Shown: positions 17,755 through 26,315 of the stretch, piece after piece
Numbering within the stretch: position 1 is the first letter of the stretch
How the letters are laid out: every line of letters starts with the position of its first letter
IMG/VR virus record: IMGVR_UViG_3300032332_000594
Location: 1-54,933 of that record
DNA: 54,933 nt
Direction: 5' to 3' (one strand)
Source: a virus
Taxonomy: Duplodnaviria; Caudoviricetes
Notes under the pieces: model-generated
Told to the model about the DNA's origin: nothing
Seen by the model: only the letters and a program-made list of their open reading frames with translations
Databases searched by the model: none
Made by a program: the position numbers and the translations under genes

Positions 17755-18185
17755 TACTTACCTCGGTTTTCTAAGTGTTCTGCAACAATGTCAAGCAGAA
17801 TGTACCCTGCTAGGTCTGGGCGAGGGTCTTCCTTATCATCGGAAGAAGTACCCTCTCCATGTACCATGCGATTAATCTTGTCGTCCATACGAACGGCTAG
17901 ACGCTGCCTAGGGGTAAGGTTCTTTGCAAATACTTCGATAGGGTGTGTAGCACTATTGCCGTAACGACGATTCTTATGCAGAAGCAAACAAGTTAACATT
18001 ACTCCGTAGAACGCAATCAGTTCTTTAGTATCGTTATCGGCAAGTACTCTGTTGTCTAGAAGTTCTTCAATCTCTTTAAGACCTTCACGCCATGTCCATC
18101 CATGTGGAAGTCCTTCCCATGACTGGGGAGCGTTTGGGTCAATGTAAGGTGTTGGGTCAAACAGTTCATATTGATTTGGATTCAT
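17754..18185 (-). CDS. DUF1599-like (nucleotide-modification-associated, all-alpha) protein
   Basis: KNRRYGNS, VRMDDKINR and DLAGY motifs. Confidence 0.7.
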   Translation of the reverse strand: MNPNQYELFDPTPYIDPNAPQSWEGLPHGWTWREGLKEIEELLDNRVLADNDTKELIAFYGVMLTCLLLHKNRRYGNSATHPIEVFAKNLTPRQRLAVRMDDKINRMVHGEGTSSDDKEDPRPDLAGYILLDIVAEHLENRGK

Positions 18186-18682
18186 TAGAGGGTGTACCTA
18201 CTCTTATTGCGAGCAACATTGTTTGAAGAAGTACGACGAGTAAGTTCTCGGCTTACAAGATTAGTATCTCTATCAAGGTTTTCAGCAACGCTTTCAATCA
18301 TCTTACGATAAGCGTAGGCTTCCTCTAACTTGCTTTCCATAGCCATAACCTTTGAGTCACAAGCAATCGCTGCTTTAAGAATAGTAATTCTATCGCCACG
18401 ACTACTGTTATTAGACGCTTGTACTAGCAGGCTATTCTCCAAGAAAGACAACTTCTTTTGGTAAGCACGCTCATCTACTTGGGCTGCTGATACTTGCCCG
18501 TTGATGTGGTCAGCCCAAGAAGTTAATGCTGAGAATAACAACATCAAAGAGTCATCATCTAACGCAGTTAGATCTTTAGGGATGTATGGAATCTCGTGCT
18601 TAGGCTTTGACCACAACTCAATACCTTGGTCGCTAAGAAAACGTACCGCTTCTGCTGAAGCGGCTCCTAGTTTTAGTGCCAT
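18185..18682 (-). CDS. helical protein, possible UvsY-like recombination mediator
   Basis: Coiled-coil composition ending SRELTRR; located near RecA and Cas4-like genes. Confidence 0.45.
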   Translation of the reverse strand: MALKLGAASAEAVRFLSDQGIELWSKPKHEIPYIPKDLTALDDDSLMLLFSALTSWADHINGQVSAAQVDERAYQKKLSFLENSLLVQASNNSSRGDRITILKAAIACDSKVMAMESKLEEAYAYRKMIESVAENLDRDTNLVSRELTRRTSSNNVARNKSRYTL

Positions 18683-19537
18683 TTAATCCTCCTCATAAGG
18701 GGCACAGGACTTGCATCCCTTTTTACTTACATTACAGGGAAGCGGAGTGCCCGCTTCAACTGCGTCTACAATTTGCTTTGCGGCATCAAAGATGTGCTCC
18801 ACAAGATCATAGGACGCTTTTACAGAAAACTCTTTGTAAGACTGGTCTGCTTTGAGTTCGTACAAAAACACAATCTCAGTAGGGTAACTGTCTACAAGAC
18901 CTTTGGCGTGCATGCGCTTGAGCAACTCTAAGTAAATGTTACCTTGCATCAAGTGAGTCTTAAATGGACGGCGAATGTTGCGCCAACCTTCTAGCAAGTC
19001 TCCACCAGCCATTAATGCAGGGGCTTCCATCCGGATAGTTCCTGCACCAATTGATTTAATTTCAATAAGACATTCGTCATTAATACCTTTAATCCAACCA
19101 TCTGCGTGGCCCGCAATGCGCAAGTCATCGTCTTTCAAAGAAATTTCATCGTATTTAAAACGATAACTCCTGCACAACTTACAGGTTGTAGGACTCGTAA
19201 CATGTGTTACGTTCCAACAGTTTTGGCATACCCATTTACCATAAAGCACACCCATTTCGGCAAACCAGTTTTGCCATTTGTGATGAATAGCGTGGCCTTC
19301 ATCAAAGATCGATTGTAGACGGAGATTTGGTCGTTCTTCTTTCTTCTCTGCCCCATTGAGCAAGAAGTAGGATGCACGATGGCACCATGTGTCTTTAGCC
19401 ATTTCGCTAGGATGTAGTACATCTGTGCGCCTGTCTCCTACAGGGCGAGCCATCAAGTGACGTTCAATCTCACCGATTAAACGTGAACTAGGTCGCTTGG
19501 CATCTAAAAACTTTTTAAGGTCTCCGTCTGGTTTCAT
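18683..19537 (-). CDS. Cas4-like PD-(D/E)xK exonuclease
   Basis: HPSE...C, G.AIH, GHADG, EIKS, Q..IY and C-terminal Cys cluster. Confidence 0.85.
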   Translation of the reverse strand: MKPDGDLKKFLDAKRPSSRLIGEIERHLMARPVGDRRTDVLHPSEMAKDTWCHRASYFLLNGAEKKEERPNLRLQSIFDEGHAIHHKWQNWFAEMGVLYGKWVCQNCWNVTHVTSPTTCKLCRSYRFKYDEISLKDDDLRIAGHADGWIKGINDECLIEIKSIGAGTIRMEAPALMAGGDLLEGWRNIRRPFKTHLMQGNIYLELLKRMHAKGLVDSYPTEIVFLYELKADQSYKEFSVKASYDLVEHIFDAAKQIVDAVEAGTPLPCNVSKKGCKSCAPYEED

Positions 19538-19851
19538 TAAGGTGCACCCTTTTCTATAAACTCTTGTAGCGTCATCTTAGCAGTGTTCTTGTTCCATTTG
19601 CGAATCAGAGCATTTCGCTCTCTGTGAGACAGACCTCCCCAAATACCATGAGGTTCATCTGTCTTTAACGCAGTCATTAAACAGGCTACTCTTACTGGGC
19701 ATGGCATTCGTCCGTCATGCCCTAAGCAAATTCCTTTTGCTTTAGTAGCGATTGCTTTGTATTTATTTTTGTCCCTTGGCGGATAAAACATATCCGTGTC
19801 CTCCCCAGCACATTTGGCTTCATACCGCCATGCGTACTCGGGTTCTTGCAT
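19537..19851 (-). CDS. whiB: WhiB-family Fe-S transcription factor
   Basis: Four Cys, CPVR..CL..AL and GIWGGLS..ER. Confidence 0.93.
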   Translation of the reverse strand: MQEPEYAWRYEAKCAGEDTDMFYPPRDKNKYKAIATKAKGICLGHDGRMPCPVRVACLMTALKTDEPHGIWGGLSHRERNALIRKWNKNTAKMTLQEFIEKGAP

Positions 19852-19854
19852 TCA

Positions 19855-20169
19855 TTACTCCTCTAGTTTGTTATGCATTTCAAAGAAGTCCGTCTCTAAC
19901 ATAATGACGTAATCCTCTCCATCCAAATGGACTCCTAAAATAGGCGTGCGCCCATCAAGGATTGCTTCCGTTGTTATTTTCTTTAGAACGTCTGACTTTA
20001 AACTAAAGGACTTCTTACCAGTCCACTTGTGCTCAATTAACAAAGCGCTATTCCTTACATCGCCTTTTCTAGACCAAAAGGCCCCAGATGCAGCAGTACG
20101 AGAACCGCCGACTAATTTAGCCAGACGGTCCTCGTGTGCTCTAGACTGTTTCTGTCCTTCAGACTTCAT
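19855..20169 (-). CDS. Hjc-like PD-(D/E)xK resolvase/nuclease
   Basis: HE...SGA....KGDV...IEHK motifs. Confidence 0.75.
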   Translation of the reverse strand: MKSEGQKQSRAHEDRLAKLVGGSRTAASGAFWSRKGDVRNSALLIEHKWTGKKSFSLKSDVLKKITTEAILDGRTPILGVHLDGEDYVIMLETDFFEMHNKLEE

Positions 20170-20401
20170 CAGTAAGTTCGACTTTTCCTTCTAGATACGC
20201 CTTAATAATGCGAGGCGTTACATACACTAGAATCTCTCTAAACTCACAGGTGTTACATGCACAGTAAGGCATGCCACTTTCAGTTTCAAAAGGCTCTTCA
20301 TCTGACTCATCATAGATAGAATCTAATAACAGATCCATGTACGTTGATAGGTTCTTCTGAAGGTCTTCTGCCCACTCGGTATCGTTAATTACAAAACTCA
20401 T
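20159..20401 (-). CDS. acidic hypothetical protein with CxCxxC
   Basis: Overlaps both neighbours. Confidence 0.75.
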   Translation of the reverse strand: MSFVINDTEWAEDLQKNLSTYMDLLLDSIYDESDEEPFETESGMPYCACNTCEFREILVYVTPRIIKAYLEGKVELTDEV

Positions 20402-21438
20402 TGTTCCACCGCCATTGGTAAGTCACTCTGCAACACCAGTTGTTGCAGTTCTTCTTTAAGGTCAATCTCTTCGCGCAAGGATGTAATCAAAGACTCAATA
20501 CCTTGCCACTTACGTTCTCCATAGTAAATCCAACCGCCACGTCGGTCAACTACCTCTTTAATAATAGCCATAGACGCAATTTCTTTGGCAAAGTCATAGT
20601 TGCCCGGGTCTACTGGACCACCGTTAGCAAAGTAGTAGTCAAAGTAGGCCACGCGCTGTGGAGGGGCTGTCTTGTTCTTAATGGTGCGCACACGAATACG
20701 CTGTCCAATACGAACCTTATTAGATGTTGGACCGATGTCAATCCATTCATCACGCTTTACTTCACACCGTGTAAAGAACGCGTAGTCCTTACCCTGCCCA
20801 CCGGGAGTAGTACGAGGGTCGCCATGCATGACGCCAATCTTCATACGCCATTGATTAATAACAATTCCAAGTACTGGGCGCTCGTCTTCAATAAGGCTGC
20901 GCTTCATGGCTTGGCCAATCTTACGAAAGAACTTATTAGTAATCATTGCGCCACGACCAACTGTGAACTCATCCATGTTCTTCTCAATCTCAGGAGATGG
21001 AGAAAGCGCAGGGAGTGAGTCAATCACGATGGCATCAACAGCCTTGGACTCTGCGAAAGCAATTGCAGCGTCGTAGGCTTCTTCCATAACCGTTGTCTCT
21101 ACAACAATCACACGGCTCGTATCTACCCCGCACATCTCAGCGTACTGAGGCACCCACTGCTCTGCAGCAATCCATACCGTAGTGAAGTCTGGGTCAAGGG
21201 CTTGATTTGCAGAAATAGTCTTAAGTGCTACGCCGGTCTTACCATGACTTGATTCACCAATAAGTTCATTCCACTGATTAGCAGGCCAACCCCCGCCAAG
21301 AGCATAGTCAAGAGTTACAGACCCCGTAGTCATACGAGGAATCAACTCTTGAGTAATGTCTTTACCTACTACTACAGTGCCTTCGCCAAACTTCTTGTTA
21401 AGACCTGCAACTACTTTTAAAGCGTCTGGACTAATCAT
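20398..21438 (-). CDS. recA: RecA/UvsX recombinase
   Basis: TGSVTLDYALGGG, GESSHGKT, VIDS, INQWR.KIG, TPGG and KNK motifs. Confidence 0.95.
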   Translation of the reverse strand: MISPDALKVVAGLNKKFGEGTVVVGKDITQELIPRMTTGSVTLDYALGGGWPANQWNELIGESSHGKTGVALKTISANQALDPDFTTVWIAAEQWVPQYAEMCGVDTSRVIVVETTVMEEAYDAAIAFAESKAVDAIVIDSLPALSPSPEIEKNMDEFTVGRGAMITNKFFRKIGQAMKRSLIEDERPVLGIVINQWRMKIGVMHGDPRTTPGGQGKDYAFFTRCEVKRDEWIDIGPTSNKVRIGQRIRVRTIKNKTAPPQRVAYFDYYFANGGPVDPGNYDFAKEIASMAIIKEVVDRRGGWIYYGERKWQGIESLITSLREEIDLKEELQQLVLQSDLPMAVEQ

Positions 21439-21724
21439 TAATATTTTCCTCTACAAAAGGAAGGTTTGTAGCGGCTTCAAATAGCCATGCTTTAAATTGT
21501 CCTACTGCGTGGTTGTGCCCACGGCTAAAAGCGGACTCAATGTCAGCCTTAACTTCTGGGGTGTGGTACAAGAGTTCATACTTTGCACGCCACTCATCAC
21601 GCTCGGCAGTTACTTCTTTAATGTCTCTTGTAAGAATACCTGCATTGTACTTAAGGCCACTGATTGAAGCCTTTGCATTAAACAACTCTTCTTTAAGGTT
21701 ACGAAGTTTCTTTTTATTAAACAT
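21431..21724 (-). CDS. hypothetical coiled-coil protein
   Basis: Overlaps both neighbours. Confidence 0.7.
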   Translation of the reverse strand: MFNKKKLRNLKEELFNAKASISGLKYNAGILTRDIKEVTAERDEWRAKYELLYHTPEVKADIESAFSRGHNHAVGQFKAWLFEAATNLPFVEENIND

Positions 21725-22104
21725 TAGTCTACTCTTCCAATAATGCCTTGAGGGTTCCAGTTATTGGTGGCATTATTGCCAATAGCGGATTTGGTGTCGC
21801 CTTCTACACGAGCCCCAGTAAGTGTACCTAGATGACTTCCTGATTGGGAAATCGGGTAACCACAGTCGTAACAACGAGGGGCTGCTCCTGCTACTGCCAT
21901 GTAGTTACCTGAGTAACACTCTGGGCAAGAGGAGGTTTGTTGTGCGCTTCTCGCCTGTGAAGGCGCTTGGGCTGGCGGGGTAAACTGCTGAGATACCGGA
22001 GGGTACCCTTGAGTTGGAGGGGTGTACTGCGTAGGTGCTGGTTGATAAGAAGGCTGTTGTGGCGTATTGCCAAACTGCTTATCCCAAAATGAATTACCCA
22101 TCAA
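21724..22104 (-). CDS. zinc-ribbon protein with Pro/Gln-rich N-terminus
   Basis: CPEC...CYDC. Confidence 0.75.
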   Translation of the reverse strand: MMGNSFWDKQFGNTPQQPSYQPAPTQYTPPTQGYPPVSQQFTPPAQAPSQARSAQQTSSCPECYSGNYMAVAGAAPRCYDCGYPISQSGSHLGTLTGARVEGDTKSAIGNNATNNWNPQGIIGRVD

Positions 22105-22540
22105 GTTCTCCGATCTTTACTAACTCAACGTCTACTAATGTAGACATGGTGCTCAATAAAGCAGCCATACAAACTGATTCTAGTCTATGTTGTAGCACTT
22201 CGTAAAATTCATCTGGAAAGTTATCATTACGGTCAGCGATAGACTCAACAATAATCCCTGAGGCTACTAAATTAGATACGGATTGAAACAGAGGGATTAA
22301 CCAAGCAATTTTTTTAATTCGTTTATTAGACTCTTCTTGTTCTTTTACTGCCAACTCATCGCTAATAGGGGGTAACCCTAAAAGAGAAGCAACCTTCAAA
22401 GGGTTCTCAAACTTAGCGTCAAACAAAAGTTCTCTACTAAAGTTGTCCATGATGGGCGTTGGATCTTTTTCAATTTGTTCTATTAAAGCCATAATATCTT
22501 CAGGGATATTGGCTTTTTTCTTTTTAAATGGATTAATCAC
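22094..22540 (-). CDS. hypothetical protein (start re-called at GTG 22540)
   Basis: GTGA overlap with the polA stop; GGGGAG RBS. Confidence 0.7.
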   Translation of the reverse strand: MINPFKKKKANIPEDIMALIEQIEKDPTPIMDNFSRELLFDAKFENPLKVASLLGLPPISDELAVKEQEESNKRIKKIAWLIPLFQSVSNLVASGIIVESIADRNDNFPDEFYEVLQHRLESVCMAALLSTMSTLVDVELVKIGELDG

Positions 22541-24543
22541 TTGGCATCTCCCCAACGGTCTACAATCTTAACGTCTGCAATAAGCGGAATGGTAATCTCT
22601 GGAACAATTACCCCTTCCATGGACTCACGAATGGCTTCAGCAACTTCCTCCGCCATATGCTCTGGTGCAACAGTAACCAACTCATCGTGCACAGTCAAGA
22701 TTACATTTACATCTGGCTCATCTAGGAAGCACGAGTGTGCCCGAACCATTGCCAACTTAATAATGTCAGCAGCACTTCCCTGAATGACTGTATTAAAGGC
22801 TTGGCGCTCTGCACGAGAGAATAGTCCTCGGTCTGAACTAAGCAAGTCTGGGATGTAACGCTTCCTACCAAAGATGGTAGACACAAAAGGTGTAGGGCGG
22901 TGCGCTTTAGCAGTGCGCACTACTCGGGCTTTGTATTTAGAAACATCTTTAAAGCGACTCTCAAAAGTAGTCAAAAGATCTTTTGCTTCTTTTAAGGAGA
23001 TTCCCAAAGAGTCTGCAACCTTATCTGGACCAACTCCGTAAGAAAGAGACAGCACAAGAACTTTACCGCCCTTACGGTCAATTCCTAGAGGCGTAGCAAT
23101 AGCCGTGTAAATGTCCTCCCCGTTACGGTAAGCGTTACACATGACAGGGTCGTTAGAGAAAGAGGCAATAACGCGTGGCTCAATTTGAGAATAATCAGCC
23201 ACAACTAACTTGTATCCCGGAGGAGCCACAAATAGATTGCGAACCATCTTTCCGTATTCACCACTGCTAGGGATGTTCTGCAGGTTAGGGTTGCGACTGC
23301 TAAAGCGCCCTGTCTCAGCACCATACTGCACAAAGTCAGTGTGCACCTTGCCATTAATTAACAGCGCTTCTTTCGTTTCTACTCTGCTCTTACCATTAGT
23401 AGTACGAGTGACATCTCCTCCCAAGTATGGGACTACATAGGTTGTAAGTAGTTTATTTAAGTCTTGGTATTTAAGAATCGTTTCTACTAACTCGTCTTGA
23501 TTCTTGAACACCTGAAGAGCCTCGTTACTTACTGCGTACTCTGAAATAGATAACTCCTTGCCCTCAGATGCCAACTTCTGACCTTTAGGGGTCAGTGAAG
23601 CACGCAAAGACTTAGGTGGACGAAGGCCTCTACCGCCCTCTTTCTTTGGCAAGTACAGTAACTGTTGCTTCTCTGCGATGCTGTTCATATTAAAAGCCCT
23701 ACCCGCAAGACGATAGGCGTCTGCTCGGGTAGCATCAATGTCAGCCTCTACCTTGTCGCGTAGTTCTTCTAGCCCTTTAACATCAAGTGATGCGCCAGAA
23801 AGTTCCATGTCACACAGCACGCTGAGGACACTCATTTCTAACTTCCATACTTTCGTAAGGTTTGCATCTTTGATCTTTTTATCAAGAACCTTGTACAACT
23901 CATAAGTAGCCTGAGCGTCAAGTGCAGCGTATTTTGCTACATCATCAAATGAATGCTTTTCTACTTCCTTACCAATACCCTTGACTACTTCGATACCCAA
24001 CTCTCGTTTAGCGCAGTCATCTAGACCTAAGCCCAAACGGTTACGGTTATCGACAATAAATGATGCTACGAGAGTATCAAAATAAGGTGCGGTAGGGACA
24101 TCCCCACGCCAGTACTTAGCACAAGATTTCAAATCAAACTTAGCGTTATGCGCAATCTTTAACTTATCGCTAAAGAACAATGGGCGTAGCGCTTTAAATA
24201 CTTCGCCCTGTCGTAGTTGTTCTGGTGGGAAAGTAAACTTAGGTGTCCACAACTTCTCGTTCTTAGAAAAGTCTTGAGGGTCACGAACAGGAAGGCCTTT
24301 AGCAAAACGTCGCTCGCCTTCTAAAAGCAAAGGCTTGTCCCACCCAGTGAACTCGCCGTTAGGGTGCCCCATTGGGATTACATCGACGCGACCCTCTGTA
24401 GCAAGAGCCATCCAGAGAACGTCGTTACGAACCGTGTCACCCCTATGAGGTCCCCACGTTTCTACGTCAAAAGCAAAAGAGTCTACTGTTAAGTAATGTT
24501 CAACAACTTCAGTAAGTTGTTCAGTAGTAGTAATAATGTTCAT
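22537..24543 (-). CDS. polA: family A DNA polymerase with 3'-5' exonuclease, no 5' nuclease
   Basis: FDVET, HNAKFD, YAALDA, TGRFSS.NPNLQNIP, DYSQIE, R...K.......YG, QGSAAD and VHDE motifs. Confidence 0.97.
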   Translation of the reverse strand: MNIITTTEQLTEVVEHYLTVDSFAFDVETWGPHRGDTVRNDVLWMALATEGRVDVIPMGHPNGEFTGWDKPLLLEGERRFAKGLPVRDPQDFSKNEKLWTPKFTFPPEQLRQGEVFKALRPLFFSDKLKIAHNAKFDLKSCAKYWRGDVPTAPYFDTLVASFIVDNRNRLGLGLDDCAKRELGIEVVKGIGKEVEKHSFDDVAKYAALDAQATYELYKVLDKKIKDANLTKVWKLEMSVLSVLCDMELSGASLDVKGLEELRDKVEADIDATRADAYRLAGRAFNMNSIAEKQQLLYLPKKEGGRGLRPPKSLRASLTPKGQKLASEGKELSISEYAVSNEALQVFKNQDELVETILKYQDLNKLLTTYVVPYLGGDVTRTTNGKSRVETKEALLINGKVHTDFVQYGAETGRFSSRNPNLQNIPSSGEYGKMVRNLFVAPPGYKLVVADYSQIEPRVIASFSNDPVMCNAYRNGEDIYTAIATPLGIDRKGGKVLVLSLSYGVGPDKVADSLGISLKEAKDLLTTFESRFKDVSKYKARVVRTAKAHRPTPFVSTIFGRKRYIPDLLSSDRGLFSRAERQAFNTVIQGSAADIIKLAMVRAHSCFLDEPDVNVILTVHDELVTVAPEHMAEEVAEAIRESMEGVIVPEITIPLIADVKIVDRWGDAK

Positions 24544-24555
24544 TTAATACTCCTA

Positions 24556-24596
24556 ATAGAGAAGGGGGACTCTAGGAGATGAGACTAGAGTCCCCC
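24556..24596 (-). terminator. 12-bp hairpin with pyrimidine tail just before the polA RBS (terminator or attenuator)
   Basis: GGGGGACTCTAG (24564-24575) pairs with CTAGAGTCCCCC (24585-24596). Confidence 0.7.
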
Positions 24597-24649
24597 ATAA
24601 GCCACTGGCTCAACCACACCAACCAAATGGGAGCCAAGTGGGGCTTAGG

Positions 24650-25336
24650 TTATGCAGAGGCCTTAGCGATTTCGATAAGTTCTGCACGAGGAGTGACGTA
24701 AATGACTTCGTCAGTCAAAGGCTCTACAGTATCAAGAGCCTCTTCTACACTTAGAGGGTCCAAGTCCCACTCTTCGGCAAGGTCGCGTGCGCGAACCATG
24801 TCGATGATGTAGGTAGTCTTTGGACCAGTACCAGTGCGAGACAATGCCCAGTAGTGCTTATTCAGAGGACCCTTGCGAGTGTCTTCGTGAGCAGCCTTCA
24901 ACTGGCGGAACAATGTCGGAGGAGCGGAAAGCATGAATACCTCTGGACCGTTCTCAGAGATAGAGACAACCGTAAAAGCAAACTTGTTACGGGGCTCGTC
25001 ACCTAGCAGGTCGCATAGAGGGCAGTCGTCCTCAAGACATACAAAGGACTTCTTTCCGGGACGTTCAATCCAATGCTGACGGTACACCTTAAATGGACCA
25101 TCACCAAGGAACTTAACGAGAGTGGGTTCTTCTTCAAACTTGAAGTCCTTGACGTACTCGTCAGACTTCTCTGACTTAAGGGCTTCAGTTGCCATGTCCC
25201 AACCAGACTGTACAGTCGTACCAATCTTTGGGGCTTCATCTTCATCTTCACGCTCAAAAACTTGTGAGCGTGCTTTAGTTGGACGAATCTCTTCGTCGTA
25301 GTCATCGGCATTTACTTGTGGACGTGAAATAGCCAT
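24650..25336 (-). CDS. gp32-like single-stranded DNA-binding protein
   Basis: QHW...C....CPLC zinc motif and R.GTGPKTTY; adjacent to polA. Confidence 0.75.
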   Translation of the reverse strand: MAISRPQVNADDYDEEIRPTKARSQVFEREDEDEAPKIGTTVQSGWDMATEALKSEKSDEYVKDFKFEEEPTLVKFLGDGPFKVYRQHWIERPGKKSFVCLEDDCPLCDLLGDEPRNKFAFTVVSISENGPEVFMLSAPPTLFRQLKAAHEDTRKGPLNKHYWALSRTGTGPKTTYIIDMVRARDLAEEWDLDPLSVEEALDTVEPLTDEVIYVTPRAELIEIAKASA

Positions 25337-25375
25337 AATGGCGTATTCTCCTTTTCGGCAGTTCGGATCATGAGG

Positions 25376-25852
25376 CTAATTGCTCTCCTGATTTGTAATC
25401 TCGTTCCATCGCGAGAATATCGCGATAGTGAGATCATTGTGTCGGTTCCACTCTACACGAGCGGTTCCTAACAAGTTCCGCTTCTGGAACTCTTCCATAG
25501 CAGATTCTATCAGAGGTCTAGTGTAGACCCTGTTGCCCCCTACCTTATCCCCATTGAGGACTTTGGCGCGAAGGCGGTAAGGGGAACGTGGGATGTACCC
25601 TTTACGTTCCCACAGTCTAACATTAACGACTGACTTATTTAACGCTTTTGCAAAAGCACCGATAGTAAAAAATTCAACTTCTTTACCATTCATAGTTTTT
25701 ACAGTTGGCGAGGCATCCCAGTCGTTTAAGTCTCTGGCTTTCTTTTGAGGAGCATCTGGGTTATCTTCTTTACGCTTCTTCTTTGAACCCGGAACGTATT
25801 CCAAGCCTTCAAAAGCCTTCAGAATTTCTTCATCGCTTCTCAAACCAGCCAT
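25376..25852 (-). CDS. MerR-like HTH DNA-binding protein
   Basis: FTIGAFAKAL......RLWERKGYIP...R.Y. Confidence 0.7.
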   Translation of the reverse strand: MAGLRSDEEILKAFEGLEYVPGSKKKRKEDNPDAPQKKARDLNDWDASPTVKTMNGKEVEFFTIGAFAKALNKSVVNVRLWERKGYIPRSPYRLRAKVLNGDKVGGNRVYTRPLIESAMEEFQKRNLLGTARVEWNRHNDLTIAIFSRWNEITNQESN

Positions 25853-25862
25853 TGACTTAACC

Positions 25863-26303
25863 TTACTTCTTAGGCGTTGTAAGTGCCCAAGTAACTTTCG
25901 GTGGGAACATACTATCGACTTCGTCCACCGTTAGCAAATCGTCTTGCAATGCTTGCATGACAGCGTCTTGGTCTACGACCTGAACTGTCTTGTAAAGCAC
26001 CTTCTGTAGTTCTTTTTCAGTAATGATTTCTTCTGCAGCAGACTCATCAAGAGAGCGGGATACTCGGCACTGCTTCTGCAAGAAACGTGCGCCAGTAACT
26101 TCTTCTGGAAGGTCTAGCCACAAATTGCCCTTGTCATCTTCTTGACCGGACTCTTCAATAAACTCAAACAACTTCTCTCGCAACTCGGACTGACGCGTCT
26201 TAAGCATGTCCATTGATTCTTTAATCTTGAGGTACTCAGTTGCAAGCGTAGTCAAATCATTGCCTGCAGAAATTTCTCTGGTGGTTCCTGATACACGGGC
26301 CAT
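25863..26303 (-). CDS. hypothetical protein
   Basis: AAGG RBS, 146 aa. Confidence 0.75.
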   Translation of the reverse strand: MARVSGTTREISAGNDLTTLATEYLKIKESMDMLKTRQSELREKLFEFIEESGQEDDKGNLWLDLPEEVTGARFLQKQCRVSRSLDESAAEEIITEKELQKVLYKTVQVVDQDAVMQALQDDLLTVDEVDSMFPPKVTWALTTPKK

Positions 26304-26315
26304 GGTCTTACCTTT

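Noticed and set aside
18683-19537. CRISPR-Cas system suggested by the Cas4-like gene
   Set aside because: No repeat-spacer array or other cas genes; solo Cas4-like nucleases are common in phages
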